A stretch of 64,000 nucleotides of DNA from an uncultured bacterium (GCA_965602185.1 CBFCYP010000001.1:1413-65412), one strand, 5' to 3'. Shown: positions 37,116 through 47,063, numbered from the stretch's first letter. Translations and numbers: made by a program. Notes: generated by a model not told the origin, from the letters alone.

Positions 37116-38828
37116 ATGCCGGAAGCAGTCGAAACAAAAGAAAAAAAACTCATTTCAAGGGACGAGCTGGCGAGACTCTTAGAAAATGAAGATTATTCGG
37201 AGGCCGAGGACGCGATCCATGCGCTTCTGGAACAATCCCCGGAAGATATTGAATTGTTGAACTCGCTGGGATCGATATACGCCCGGCGGGCGGATTATTT
37301 TAACGCCGAAAGTACGTTTCGGAACGTAATCGGCATTGATCCTGAATGCGGGGATGCTTACTACAACCTGGGCCTTGTTCACAGCAAACAGTCCCGCAGG
37401 ACCGAAGCCGTGGAAGATTTCCTTAAAGCGGTGGAGATTAATCCTCAAGACGCCGCGGCCCACAACGATCTCGGCGTGCTTTATCATTACCAGGGGAAAA
37501 CGCATCTGGCCAAAGGTCATTTCATAAAAGCCCTGGAAGGCAATATCCTTTATAAAAGGGCCTTGATGAACCTCTTCGAGGTCTGCTTCGATGCTGATTC
37601 TTATTCTGAAGGATTGGCTTGGGTCGAGAAGTTTCTAAACGCCTCCACCGGGAGCAACAATTCAGACGATACGAATCATGATATAAATCTCGTTTCGAAA
37701 GAAAACTCTATAATAGAAAAAGCGAATTCGGTTCAAATCGAAGTAAAAACGAAATCCGAACAAAAGCTGTCCCCGGGCGCGCTTAAACTCACCAAAAGAT
37801 CAAACTCGAAAGCGGATGATATTTTCTTAAAACATGTCCCCGAAGAACTGCGCGAGAAGAAAACGGGGAAGAATATAGCCATAATCGCCGATTTCAATAT
37901 CGCCGGGCAGCTGTCTTTGCTGTTCAGGATGATTAACAGGTATACGATTCACAAGGCCCGCATGGTAATAATCCAGGACGATTATCTTACTTATGACAGG
38001 GATCTGATCCTCTCCCGGGACGGCGAAAAAGGCCATAAAGAAGCATTGGATATTGTCGAACATGCGGACTTCTATCATATGGGAAGATTTCCCAAGCCTG
38101 TTGAAAGCGTAAACTGGGAAGAACACCTGAAACCGGATAATTCTCTTATACAATATTACGGCTCCGAGATAAGAACCAACTCGGTTCAATTGTACAGGTG
38201 GCACACTCAGAACAGAATTCTCGGGCTTTCGTGCTGGGATTATACCATGCTGGAAAACGCGCCGTTTTTCTACCATACCAATATCATGTGTGATTTATCG
38301 AGAATAAAACAATGCTCCGAGCCTACCGATACAATCAGGATCTGCCACCCGCCCACCAATCGCCAGTTTAAAAAAACCGATCTCTTTCTCTCCGTCGTCG
38401 AGAAGCTCAAAAAGAAAAATTATCCCTTTGAGGTGGAGTTGATAGAACGTAAATCAAACGAGGAATGCCTGGATATAAAAAGCCGCTGTCACATGACCTA
38501 TGATCAGATCTCCGTCGGTATTTACGGTTTATCCGCCATCGAGTCCATGGCCGCGGGCCACGCCGTCCTGTGCGGGATTTCGAACTTCGCCTCCAGCTAT
38601 CATCCGGATAATCCCGTCGTTTACGTCACCGAAGAGAATCTATATGACAGGCTGGAATACCTCCTCAGAAACAAAGAGGAGATTACCCGTATCGGAAACG
38701 CGGGCAAGATCTGGGCCAGAACTCATCATGATCCCATGAAACTCATAAGGCAATATGTCTGGATATACGACCTGGTGATGAACGGACACAGGATTGTGGA
38801 TGACCGCGATATGTTTCTTCTAACATAG
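37116..38828 (+). CDS. TPR-repeat protein with a C-terminal GT-B-like glycosyltransferase domain
   Basis: N-terminal TPR repeats (AYYNLGLVHSKQSRRTEAVEDFLKAVEINPQDAAAHNDLGVLY). The C-terminal region carries a GT1/GT4-like motif (GLSAIESMAAGHAVLCG). Confidence 0.5.
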   Translation: MPEAVETKEKKLISRDELARLLENEDYSEAEDAIHALLEQSPEDIELLNSLGSIYARRADYFNAESTFRNVIGIDPECGDAYYNLGLVHSKQSRRTEAVEDFLKAVEINPQDAAAHNDLGVLYHYQGKTHLAKGHFIKALEGNILYKRALMNLFEVCFDADSYSEGLAWVEKFLNASTGSNNSDDTNHDINLVSKENSIIEKANSVQIEVKTKSEQKLSPGALKLTKRSNSKADDIFLKHVPEELREKKTGKNIAIIADFNIAGQLSLLFRMINRYTIHKARMVIIQDDYLTYDRDLILSRDGEKGHKEALDIVEHADFYHMGRFPKPVESVNWEEHLKPDNSLIQYYGSEIRTNSVQLYRWHTQNRILGLSCWDYTMLENAPFFYHTNIMCDLSRIKQCSEPTDTIRICHPPTNRQFKKTDLFLSVVEKLKKKNYPFEVELIERKSNEECLDIKSRCHMTYDQISVGIYGLSAIESMAAGHAVLCGISNFASSYHPDNPVVYVTEENLYDRLEYLLRNKEEITRIGNAGKIWARTHHDPMKLIRQYVWIYDLVMNGHRIVDDRDMFLLT

Positions 38829-38838
38829 GGAGAATGAC

Positions 38839-39831
38839 GTGATAAAAGGTAAAAAGATATTTCTATCCGGGGGCGCCGGCTTTATAGGTTCCGCTCTCAT
38901 CGCCCGGCTGATCGATCATAATGAGATTGTAATATACGACACCTACGCGCGCCACAGCCTGAACGGCAGAAGATTCGAAAAACATCCCAATCTCACCTCC
39001 TGCCGCGGCGACATTCTCGATTTCAAAAACATTAAGAAACATATTGACGGCACTAATATTGTCATACATCTCGCGGCCATCGCCGGTATAGATACCGTAA
39101 TAAAATCCCCCGTAAATACCATGCGGGTAAACATGATCGGCACCTCCAATATGCTGGAGGCGGCTTCGGGACTTACATCGCTTGAGCGATTCGTCGATTT
39201 TTCCACGTCGGAGGTTTTCGGATCGTATGCTTATAGATCCGAAGAGGGAGACTCGACGTCGCTGGGCGCGGTGGGAAACGCCCGCTGGACCTACGCCGTC
39301 TCGAAACTCGCCGGGGAGCACCTTTCCTACAGTTATTACAAAGAAAAGAATATCCCCACGACGACCATACGGCCATTTAATATTTATGGCCCCGGACAGG
39401 TCGGCGAAGGCGCCGTACATCATTTTATTACCAGGGCGTTGAAGGGCGAAGATCTTATAATCAGGGGCAACGGCGATCAAATCAGGTCATGGTGTTATAT
39501 TGACGATATCGTGGACGCCATCCTGGCGGTTCTTGAGAATGACGGAGCCGTCGGAGAGTGCTTCAATATAGGAAATCCCCGCGGCACGGTTACCATTTAT
39601 GGTTTGGCGCTGGCCGCTATCAGGGTGACCTATTCCAAATCTAAAATCGTCTTTGTTGACAAGGATGTAGTCGACGTCGAGCTGAGGATTCCCAATATAG
39701 ATAAGGCCAGGTCCATCCTCGGTTTTCAGCCCGGGGTGGATCTCGAGGAGGGTTTAAAATTAACAGCCGATTGGTATTATGACAGAATTCATTCGAATAC
39801 CGCTTTCGAAGCCAGCCTTGCTGGATGCTGA
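38839..39831 (+). CDS. NAD-dependent sugar epimerase/dehydratase (extended SDR)
   Basis: Rossmann motif GGAGFIGSALIARL and catalytic YAVSK (YxxxK). Confidence 0.85.
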   Translation: MIKGKKIFLSGGAGFIGSALIARLIDHNEIVIYDTYARHSLNGRRFEKHPNLTSCRGDILDFKNIKKHIDGTNIVIHLAAIAGIDTVIKSPVNTMRVNMIGTSNMLEAASGLTSLERFVDFSTSEVFGSYAYRSEEGDSTSLGAVGNARWTYAVSKLAGEHLSYSYYKEKNIPTTTIRPFNIYGPGQVGEGAVHHFITRALKGEDLIIRGNGDQIRSWCYIDDIVDAILAVLENDGAVGECFNIGNPRGTVTIYGLALAAIRVTYSKSKIVFVDKDVVDVELRIPNIDKARSILGFQPGVDLEEGLKLTADWYYDRIHSNTAFEASLAGC

Positions 39832-40930
39832 TATTGAGTCAGCGGCAAAGAGTATGAAATCGGGCCGGCTGGTCTGCGGCCGGATGGTTGAAACATTCGA
39901 ACGGCAACTGGCCACATATCTAAAGGTTCGCTATGCGGTTTGCGTTTCATCCGGTACCGCCGCCCTGCATCTCGGTTTGCTCGCCCTGGGTATCGGGCCG
40001 GGCGATGACGTTATCGTGCCGGCTTTCAGTTACCCCGCCAGCGCCAATGCCGTGGAGATCTTAGGCGCCAGACCGGTTTTTATCGATTCCGAGCCGAACG
40101 GCTTTAATATCGACATAAGCAGAATTGAAAACAGCATCACCTCCCGCACAATGGCCTTGATGATTGTTCATAATTTTGGATGGCCGGTTGAGATAAATAG
40201 AATTCGCGCCCTGTCCGCCAAATATGATATCCCCGTAATCGAGGACGCCGCCTGCGCGCTGGGTTCTTCTATAGCGGGCGTCAGGTGCGGAAACCTCGGA
40301 AGATTGGCCGTTTTCAGCTTTCACCCCAGAAAGATTCTGACCACCGGCGAGGGGGGAGCGGTGGTTACCGACGATTTCGAACTTGCCGAAAAGATAAAAA
40401 GGCTGCGTAATCATGGTCAGGATTTCTCCCATGGCGTCGATTTTGTTATGCCGGGATTTAATTATAGAATGACGGAATTTCAGGCCGCTATGGGAGTTTC
40501 GCAGATGAAGCGTTATAATACAACCCTGCGGGAGCGGATAACGGCCGCCGATTTTTACAATAAAAATCTAGCGGATATGGATTGTATACGTCCCTGTTTG
40601 CCTCAAGCGAACCGCAAACTGAATTATCAGACATATATTGCCTTTATTCCGGGCGGTAATAGAGATGAAATTATTGATCATTTGAGAGAATATGATATCG
40701 AGGCCGGCATCGGAACCTATTCCATACCCCATACAGCCTATTATTCGAATAAATACGGCATTGAAGAATCCCGTTACCCGGAATCGTTGAGCGCGTTCGA
40801 AAACATCATGAGCTTGCCATTGTATAACGGCATCACCATGGATGAACAAAACCGTGTAATTGAAATACTTAAAAAGTATAAAGCCGAAAAAAAAGGATCT
40901 CGGATTAAACAAACCGTGGAATCATCATGA
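39779..40930 (+). CDS. DegT/DnrJ/EryC1-family PLP-dependent sugar aminotransferase
   Basis: IPLSKPALLDADIESAAKSMKSGRLVCGRMVETFERQLATYL...SSGTAALHLGL and a typical fold length. Overlaps the upstream SDR gene by 52 nt. Confidence 0.8.
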   Translation: MTEFIRIPLSKPALLDADIESAAKSMKSGRLVCGRMVETFERQLATYLKVRYAVCVSSGTAALHLGLLALGIGPGDDVIVPAFSYPASANAVEILGARPVFIDSEPNGFNIDISRIENSITSRTMALMIVHNFGWPVEINRIRALSAKYDIPVIEDAACALGSSIAGVRCGNLGRLAVFSFHPRKILTTGEGGAVVTDDFELAEKIKRLRNHGQDFSHGVDFVMPGFNYRMTEFQAAMGVSQMKRYNTTLRERITAADFYNKNLADMDCIRPCLPQANRKLNYQTYIAFIPGGNRDEIIDHLREYDIEAGIGTYSIPHTAYYSNKYGIEESRYPESLSAFENIMSLPLYNGITMDEQNRVIEILKKYKAEKKGSRIKQTVESS

Positions 40931-40940
40931 AAGGGACATT

Positions 40941-41531
40941 ATGAATAACACCACCCGGTTTAATGAAATCGGTAAGAACACGCAACCGGCATCTACGGGA
41001 AAATTGTCGGATTTGCAAAAAATATTAAAACTGGCCGCTAACAGTTTCGGCAAAGAAAAATATTCATTGACTATTGATTATTGTAGAAAAGCGGTAAACG
41101 CTGTTGACGGAACCGATCAACATAAACTGGCTGCAGAAGCATATTATATCTGGTGTCTGTCATGCTTTAAAATGAATAAATATGAGGACGCCAGAAAGGT
41201 ATGTTATGAAGCGCGGCTGAAACTGGGCAATTACCTCGATCTGGTTTATTTTGAGATTTTAATAGCGGCCGTTAACGGAGAAATTGACAGGATTCCGAAA
41301 TTCGCAAAAAGCTATATAGAGATTTACGAAGCCGCCGGAGACAAATTCAATCCTTTAAAAGAGAAGACCCACGATAGAATCGGCGAAGTCATGTTGATGA
41401 GTGGTCAGGCTCTCGAACAGGTGCAGAAGAAATCAGAAGCTCTGGATATTTATAAAAAATATTTATCTAAATTCCCCGATGATGTCCCCATAAAAGGACG
41501 GGTCGAAGTTCTGGCAAATCAAATAAACTGA
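40941..41531 (+). CDS. Helical-repeat hypothetical protein, paralogous to the N-terminal module of the downstream TPR-GT2 protein
   Basis: ARLKLGNYLDLVYFEILIA aligns with ARHIFGNYLDACFLEFNIY in the next gene. The ATG at 40941 is preferred over 40860, which would overlap the aminotransferase by 70 nt. Confidence 0.45.
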   Translation: MNNTTRFNEIGKNTQPASTGKLSDLQKILKLAANSFGKEKYSLTIDYCRKAVNAVDGTDQHKLAAEAYYIWCLSCFKMNKYEDARKVCYEARLKLGNYLDLVYFEILIAAVNGEIDRIPKFAKSYIEIYEAAGDKFNPLKEKTHDRIGEVMLMSGQALEQVQKKSEALDIYKKYLSKFPDDVPIKGRVEVLANQIN

Positions 41532-41552
41532 TCATAAGGATAATTTAAGCAG

Positions 41553-44360
41553 ATGGGTAAAAAGAAAAAAACGGATAGGAATAAAACATCTTTTAAAATA
41601 AAAGAACTCTCGCATCTTGAAATAAACGCGGCGGCGACGGGCATGACCGTCAACCCGCATAAAAATTATAATGATATAATTAAAAAAGCGGAAAAATCCG
41701 GCCCTAAACAGGATCTGGCGGCCGGATATTTTGGCCTGGTATTATCCCTGGTCGAAAAGGGAGAGTTTGAAGAGGCTCTGAATAATCTGAATAAAGCCCG
41801 CCATATTTTTGGCAATTATCTGGATGCCTGTTTTCTTGAATTCAACATATATTATAAACGATCCGAATATGAAAAATCCCTGAAAGCGGGGGAGGAGTAT
41901 CTGAAAATAAGGGAGAGTTGCGACCCTCTGAAAGACGCCCATTTGAGTCGGTCCTATAACAGCTACGCCGACGTCCTGTGGGTACTTTCGGATTCGGCGC
42001 GCCGAACGCTCGATTTCAAGAAATCGTTGCGGTATCAGCGGGAGGCCGTATCGCTTCATCCTGAAAATCATTTCTGGCGCATAATATATGCCAGCAACCT
42101 CCAGAAAGATGATTACCTCGATGACGCCATATCTGTAATTGATGAAGGGATTGAGCTGTTTCCCTATGAGGTCGGTTTAAAAAACGCCAAAGCGCTGGTT
42201 TATGGAGATGCGGAGAAATTTGATGAGGCGCTCACGATCCTGGATGAAATCATCGCGGTAAATCCGAAAGACGTAGACGCATTTGTAAATCGGGGCGTGG
42301 TTCTGGAGAAAATGGGTGATTATACAGCCGCGGAAGCCTGTTTCAAAAAAGCCCTGAAAATCGATCCTCGGCATGAAATTGCCAATAGTAATTTAATAAA
42401 GCTGAAAGAGACTATTGATGATAAACCTCAGAAAATTTCTCTTTGTATGATTGTTAAAAACGAGGAGAAATTTCTGCCCGGTTGCCTGGAATCCGCGAAA
42501 GGACTTGCGGACGAATTAATCGTTGTCGACACCGGATCTACGGATCCTACTATGGATATCGCCAGGAAATATGGCGCGATAGTATATGAGCATCCCTGGC
42601 AGAACGATTTTTCCTACCATAGAAATCAATCCATAGACTACGCCACCGGAGACTGGATATTGATCCTGGACGCCGATGAAGAACTGGATCCGTCGGAGCA
42701 CAATATGATCCGTGGCGCCGTTCGTCGTAAAGATATCGACGCGGTATCTTTTGTCGTATACAACAAAATTCAAGGCGGCCGTACCGGATTTTTGAACTCC
42801 CACAGGCTATTCAGAAATAAAAAGGAATATCGCTATTCGGGAATTGTCCATAATCAACTGGTAATGGACGGCATAACTCTATCGACACAACTGAAAGTTT
42901 ATCATCACGGTTACGGTCTTTCGGACGAGCAGATGAAGGCCAAAGGGAAGAGAACCGAAAAACTCCTTAAAGAGCAATTGAAGGAAAATCCCGATAACGC
43001 TTTCGCGCATTTTAACCTGGCGCAAATATATCGCGGGCTCGCCGAGCCGGAGAAAAGCCTTGAGCACGCCCGAAGGGTAATTGAAATATTAAGCCCGGAT
43101 AATGTCGACCGCAGGCATGTTTACGTAATGGCGCTGGATCAGATCGGCTGCGCATACGTCGGACTCGACAATCACGAAAAAGCCAAAGAATATTTTTATA
43201 AGGCTCTTGAGATCAAAGAAGATTATCTCGATCCACTGTTCAATCTGGGCTACGTCTTTTCAAAACAGTGTAATTATGATAAAGCCGATGAGCTTTTCTT
43301 GCGGTATTTGAAAGTACGGGGAAACTTCTCGGAGCATCGTGAATGGATGGGATTGATATTAAATAATCTTAACAGTCATTTCGCGGTTTATTACGGGCTG
43401 GGGCTCTCTCAATATTTCAGGAATAACATCGCTAAAGCCCTGGAGTATTTCCATAAAGTTATTGAGGAAGTAGGAGATTTCGAATATACGCAACATCTTA
43501 TCGCGCGATGTTACAGGCAGAAAAAACAGTTTGATAGGGTCGTCTTTCATTGCGGCAAAGCCATAGAAAACGGACATGAGGATTCCGAAATTTATGTTCT
43601 TCTTGGCGAGGCACATCTTAATCTCGGCAACCATAAGGAGGCGACCGAAAGCTTTGAAAAAGCTCTGCGATATGATGATTCCGGCAACTCCTCGCTTCTG
43701 GGACTGGCGGGAGCGGCATCGCTCGAAGGGGATTTAAAAAAAGCTTCCGAAGCGGTTGACAGGGCTTTGAAAAATACTCCCAACTCACCCCAGGCTTTGG
43801 CGGCCAAGGGAGAATTACTGTACCATTCCAAAAGTTTCATATCGGCCGCGGAAAAATACCGGGAGCAATCCAGGGTATCTCCGGGCGATCCCGCAGCGCT
43901 GAACAACCTGGGAAACTGCTTTTTTAAACAACAGAATTACTCCTCTGCCGAACAATTTTACCGTAGAACCCTGAAATTGTCTTCGGATTTTGCGCTGGCT
44001 TATCGAAATCTCGCCGTCTGCCTCATGAAGCAGAATAAATTTGACGAGTCCACCGCTTATCTGGAAAAATACCTGGAATGTTTCCCGAATGATCCCGAAG
44101 CATACGCCACGCTAGGCGATATTTATTATAACGCCAAAAATTACTGGAAGGCCATCGGGCGTTACGAAAAATATGTCGCGGCGTATCCCGAACAACATGA
44201 TGCCATCTTACGGCTTGCGGACTGCTACTTTAATCTGGGCAAACTCGATTCGGCGAAAATGGGGTATAGAGCGGTTTTGCGATCAAATCCCGATAACAAA
44301 ATCGCAAAGAATCGGCTGGAAGAAATAGCTCGATTTACGGAATCTGTTGAATCGCAATAA
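41553..44360 (+). CDS. Large TPR - GT2 glycosyltransferase - TPR fusion protein (935 aa)
   Basis: Central GT-A/GT2 domain (ISLCMIVKNEEKFLPGCLESAKGLADELIVVDTGSTDPT...DWILILDADEEL, with a DxD motif) flanked by many TPR repeats. Confidence 0.75.
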   Translation: MGKKKKTDRNKTSFKIKELSHLEINAAATGMTVNPHKNYNDIIKKAEKSGPKQDLAAGYFGLVLSLVEKGEFEEALNNLNKARHIFGNYLDACFLEFNIYYKRSEYEKSLKAGEEYLKIRESCDPLKDAHLSRSYNSYADVLWVLSDSARRTLDFKKSLRYQREAVSLHPENHFWRIIYASNLQKDDYLDDAISVIDEGIELFPYEVGLKNAKALVYGDAEKFDEALTILDEIIAVNPKDVDAFVNRGVVLEKMGDYTAAEACFKKALKIDPRHEIANSNLIKLKETIDDKPQKISLCMIVKNEEKFLPGCLESAKGLADELIVVDTGSTDPTMDIARKYGAIVYEHPWQNDFSYHRNQSIDYATGDWILILDADEELDPSEHNMIRGAVRRKDIDAVSFVVYNKIQGGRTGFLNSHRLFRNKKEYRYSGIVHNQLVMDGITLSTQLKVYHHGYGLSDEQMKAKGKRTEKLLKEQLKENPDNAFAHFNLAQIYRGLAEPEKSLEHARRVIEILSPDNVDRRHVYVMALDQIGCAYVGLDNHEKAKEYFYKALEIKEDYLDPLFNLGYVFSKQCNYDKADELFLRYLKVRGNFSEHREWMGLILNNLNSHFAVYYGLGLSQYFRNNIAKALEYFHKVIEEVGDFEYTQHLIARCYRQKKQFDRVVFHCGKAIENGHEDSEIYVLLGEAHLNLGNHKEATESFEKALRYDDSGNSSLLGLAGAASLEGDLKKASEAVDRALKNTPNSPQALAAKGELLYHSKSFISAAEKYREQSRVSPGDPAALNNLGNCFFKQQNYSSAEQFYRRTLKLSSDFALAYRNLAVCLMKQNKFDESTAYLEKYLECFPNDPEAYATLGDIYYNAKNYWKAIGRYEKYVAAYPEQHDAILRLADCYFNLGKLDSAKMGYRAVLRSNPDNKIAKNRLEEIARFTESVESQ

Positions 44361-44391
44361 GTTAATTGTTTCAAAAAAAATCTGTTTGGAT

Positions 44392-44419
44392 TAAAGCGTC
44401 CATATCTTCCTGTCGATTA
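44392..44419 (+). promoter_or_regulatory. Possible sigma28-type promoter for the flagellin gene
   Basis: TAAAGCGT-N12-GTCGATTA against the TAAAGTTT-N11-GCCGATAA consensus (6 of 8 in the -10). A 160-nt leader follows. Confidence 0.35.
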
Positions 44420-44582
44420 TAGATTTCAGAAGATCTAAATATCTATCAGACATAGGTCATCTTCTCCAAGGGGGTGAGCGGATTACAGTTAGGCGAAATG
44501 ATCAGAAAATGCAATAAGCATGATAATTAACAATAAAATGTTAACAGAAGGGACGTTAGCATAATTTCAAGGAGGAAGTTAA

Positions 44583-46838
44583 ATGGCACTAAGAATTAAC
44601 CACAACATCACGGCGTTGGATGCCTGGCGTAATTTGACGATTACGACCAACAAGATGTCCAGGACGATGGAGAAACTGTCGTCAGGTTTCCGTATCAATA
44701 AGGCAGCCGATGATCCGGCCGGGTTGGTTATATCCGAGCAGTTCCGCGCTCAGATCGCCGGGCTGAATCGCGCCGTACAGAACTCAGAGGTTTCGATCAA
44801 TATGATCCAGACCGCTGAGGGAGCCCTCAACGAGATTAACAACCTGCTTATCGGTATGAGGGAATTGGCCATTCACGCCGCTAACGAGGGTGTCAATGAC
44901 GACAACCAGTTAGCTGCTGACCAGGCTGAAATCACCAACGCGATTCGTACTATCGACAGAATCTCTACCAACACTCAATACGGCACGAAGAAATTGCTCG
45001 ACGGCTCAGCGGCCAACGTAGCGGCCATCACCACCGCCAATGTTTCCGGACTGACAGTTACGGAATCGAATTTAAGCGATGGCGTTCACAGCACTACATC
45101 TGTTATGCTGACCGATTCGTCCGCCACTCTCGACGTTTCCAGTCTTGGGTTGAGCACCCCCACGGGTTCCTGGAATCTGGCCGGCGGCGTACACAATCTC
45201 GACGTTATCCAGGCTTCATCAGGCGCGGTTAAGACGGGTGAGGCTATAACCGCTCTCGACGCCTGGGGTAATGGCATCTCATTAACAGGTACAGCCGCTT
45301 CGATTCGCGAAGCATATGTCCGGGGCGCCACGAACTTCACGGCCCTGGCCAACAACAACCAGTACACCATTACATTCCAGCTCAACTTCCAGGAGGCCGG
45401 AAACAACGCCGTTGGTATGCAGACTCTTACCATCAGAACCGATGCCGTCGCGTCCGGTGATCTGGCCAACAATATCGCTTCGAGGCTGAATACAGCCATC
45501 AACTCAAACACCTATCTGGCCGGTAAGCTTCAGGCCACCACTACCCTCGGCGCACCCGACGCCATTCGCGTCAGGACAACCCAGGAAGGCACCAACTACT
45601 CGCTGGCCGTTGGCACCATCACCTCGACAAACGCGACAGTGACCGCCGGTCTTTCCACTTTGCAGAGCCAGAATGATCGCGGACGTTCTCACAATCAGAT
45701 TTCGGTTACGGCTCAATTTGCCTCCAGCTCAACTCTGGTTGACGCTTTCACCAAAACCGCCACCTTCGCTATTGGTAGCGGAACGTTTTCAACGCTTTCA
45801 GCGTTGGCCGCCACAATTAATGGCAAGATGGCTTTGGCCGCCAACTTCGGTACTTTTAGCGATACGGCTGTCGGTCAGGCGAACAAGGTCTACGCGACGG
45901 TTGTTACCGAAGGCGGACAGAGCAAACTGAGATTTTACACCATGGACGAAGGCTCGAAGTTCTCATTGAGGCTGAATATGACCGGAACCGGCACTTCAAC
46001 GGCTCTTTTCAACTCCATAGGAATGACGGTCGACCAGATCGCGAACAAGGGCCTTGACGCCATCGTAAGATTCGACGGTTACAACAACTCGATAAACGAT
46101 GTTCGTTACTTCTACACCGCCGCCTCTTATTCCAATGAGGATCAGACGCTCTATACCAGCGCGGACGCCAATACCCGCGGCTCTGTAACCATGACAGCGG
46201 CTCCGGCCCAGACTAATGGTGGAATCAACATTGGTAATATGTTGCTTACTGTCAAAGCCCGCACCTTCTCGGTCAGGCTTGACGGCGGCACCGAAGAGAT
46301 CGTTACGGCCGGTAAAGAAACAACCGTCTTCAACTCACAGAGAGATGAATGGGTTAAGATGCGCCTCTCGCTGAAATCCGATGGCGGCACCGAGCAGCTA
46401 TACGTTACCGACAGAAGCCTCGTCTTCCAGATCGGCGCCAATGTCGGGCAAACCGCCAAGATTGCGATCAGTAATCTCTCAGCATCATATCTCGGCCAGA
46501 ACCTCGATAGCAATATATTCTCGAGCCTTGCCGAAATCGATGTTACCACGGCCCAGGGCGCTCAGGATTCCCAGAACATTATTGACGCGGCCATTAACCA
46601 GGTTACCAATATCAGAGGAACCCTGGGATCCTTCCAGAAGAATACCCTGGAATCCAACCTGACCAACCTCAGAATCGCCGCTCAGAACCTGACAGCCTCC
46701 GAATCCAATATCCGCGACACCGATATGGCCAGAGAGATGTCCGAATTCGTCAAACACCAGATACTGATGCAGGCCGGTACTGCCATGCTCGCGCAGGGCA
46801 ACCAGCTCCCGCAGGTTGTGCTTTCACTGTTCGGCTAA
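44583..46838 (+). CDS. fliC: Flagellin, giant (751 aa) with a Thr/Ser/Ala/Asn-rich central region
   Basis: N-terminal D0/D1 (MALRINHNITALDAWRNL...AADDPAGLVISEQFRAQIAGLNRAVQN); C-terminus LRIAAQNLTASESNIRDTDMAREMSEFVKHQILMQAGTAMLAQGNQLPQVVLSLFG. AAGGAGGAA RBS. Confidence 0.93.
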   Translation: MALRINHNITALDAWRNLTITTNKMSRTMEKLSSGFRINKAADDPAGLVISEQFRAQIAGLNRAVQNSEVSINMIQTAEGALNEINNLLIGMRELAIHAANEGVNDDNQLAADQAEITNAIRTIDRISTNTQYGTKKLLDGSAANVAAITTANVSGLTVTESNLSDGVHSTTSVMLTDSSATLDVSSLGLSTPTGSWNLAGGVHNLDVIQASSGAVKTGEAITALDAWGNGISLTGTAASIREAYVRGATNFTALANNNQYTITFQLNFQEAGNNAVGMQTLTIRTDAVASGDLANNIASRLNTAINSNTYLAGKLQATTTLGAPDAIRVRTTQEGTNYSLAVGTITSTNATVTAGLSTLQSQNDRGRSHNQISVTAQFASSSTLVDAFTKTATFAIGSGTFSTLSALAATINGKMALAANFGTFSDTAVGQANKVYATVVTEGGQSKLRFYTMDEGSKFSLRLNMTGTGTSTALFNSIGMTVDQIANKGLDAIVRFDGYNNSINDVRYFYTAASYSNEDQTLYTSADANTRGSVTMTAAPAQTNGGINIGNMLLTVKARTFSVRLDGGTEEIVTAGKETTVFNSQRDEWVKMRLSLKSDGGTEQLYVTDRSLVFQIGANVGQTAKIAISNLSASYLGQNLDSNIFSSLAEIDVTTAQGAQDSQNIIDAAINQVTNIRGTLGSFQKNTLESNLTNLRIAAQNLTASESNIRDTDMAREMSEFVKHQILMQAGTAMLAQGNQLPQVVLSLFG

Positions 46839-46856
46839 TATTCATAATCTGAAGGA

Positions 46857-46892
46857 TAGAGGGGATGGGATTCAACCATCCCCCTTTTTTTT
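46857..46892 (+). terminator. Rho-independent terminator downstream of the flagellin gene
   Basis: GAGGGGATGG-gattcaa-CCATCCCC hairpin followed by TTTTTTTT. Confidence 0.85.
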
Positions 46893-46950
46893 GCCCGTAT
46901 TATCGTGAATAAAAAAGTGGTTCTTTGCCGGTAAATATGTCTCAATATGT

Positions 46951-46977
46951 TAAAAAAGAGCAGTTGTTTCCGATAAT
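46951..46977 (+). promoter_or_regulatory. Candidate sigma28 promoter for fliD-fliS-fliT-like
   Basis: TAAAAAAG-N10/11-(T)CCGATAAT against TAAAGTTT-N11-GCCGATAA. Confidence 0.45.
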
Positions 46978-47063
46978 AATAATGGAATAACGCAGTATCC
47001 CTTTTGTTTTTCTGAAAGCGGGTGCCGTCTGCGGTAACGGCCCGTTTAACAGGAGGCATTGAA

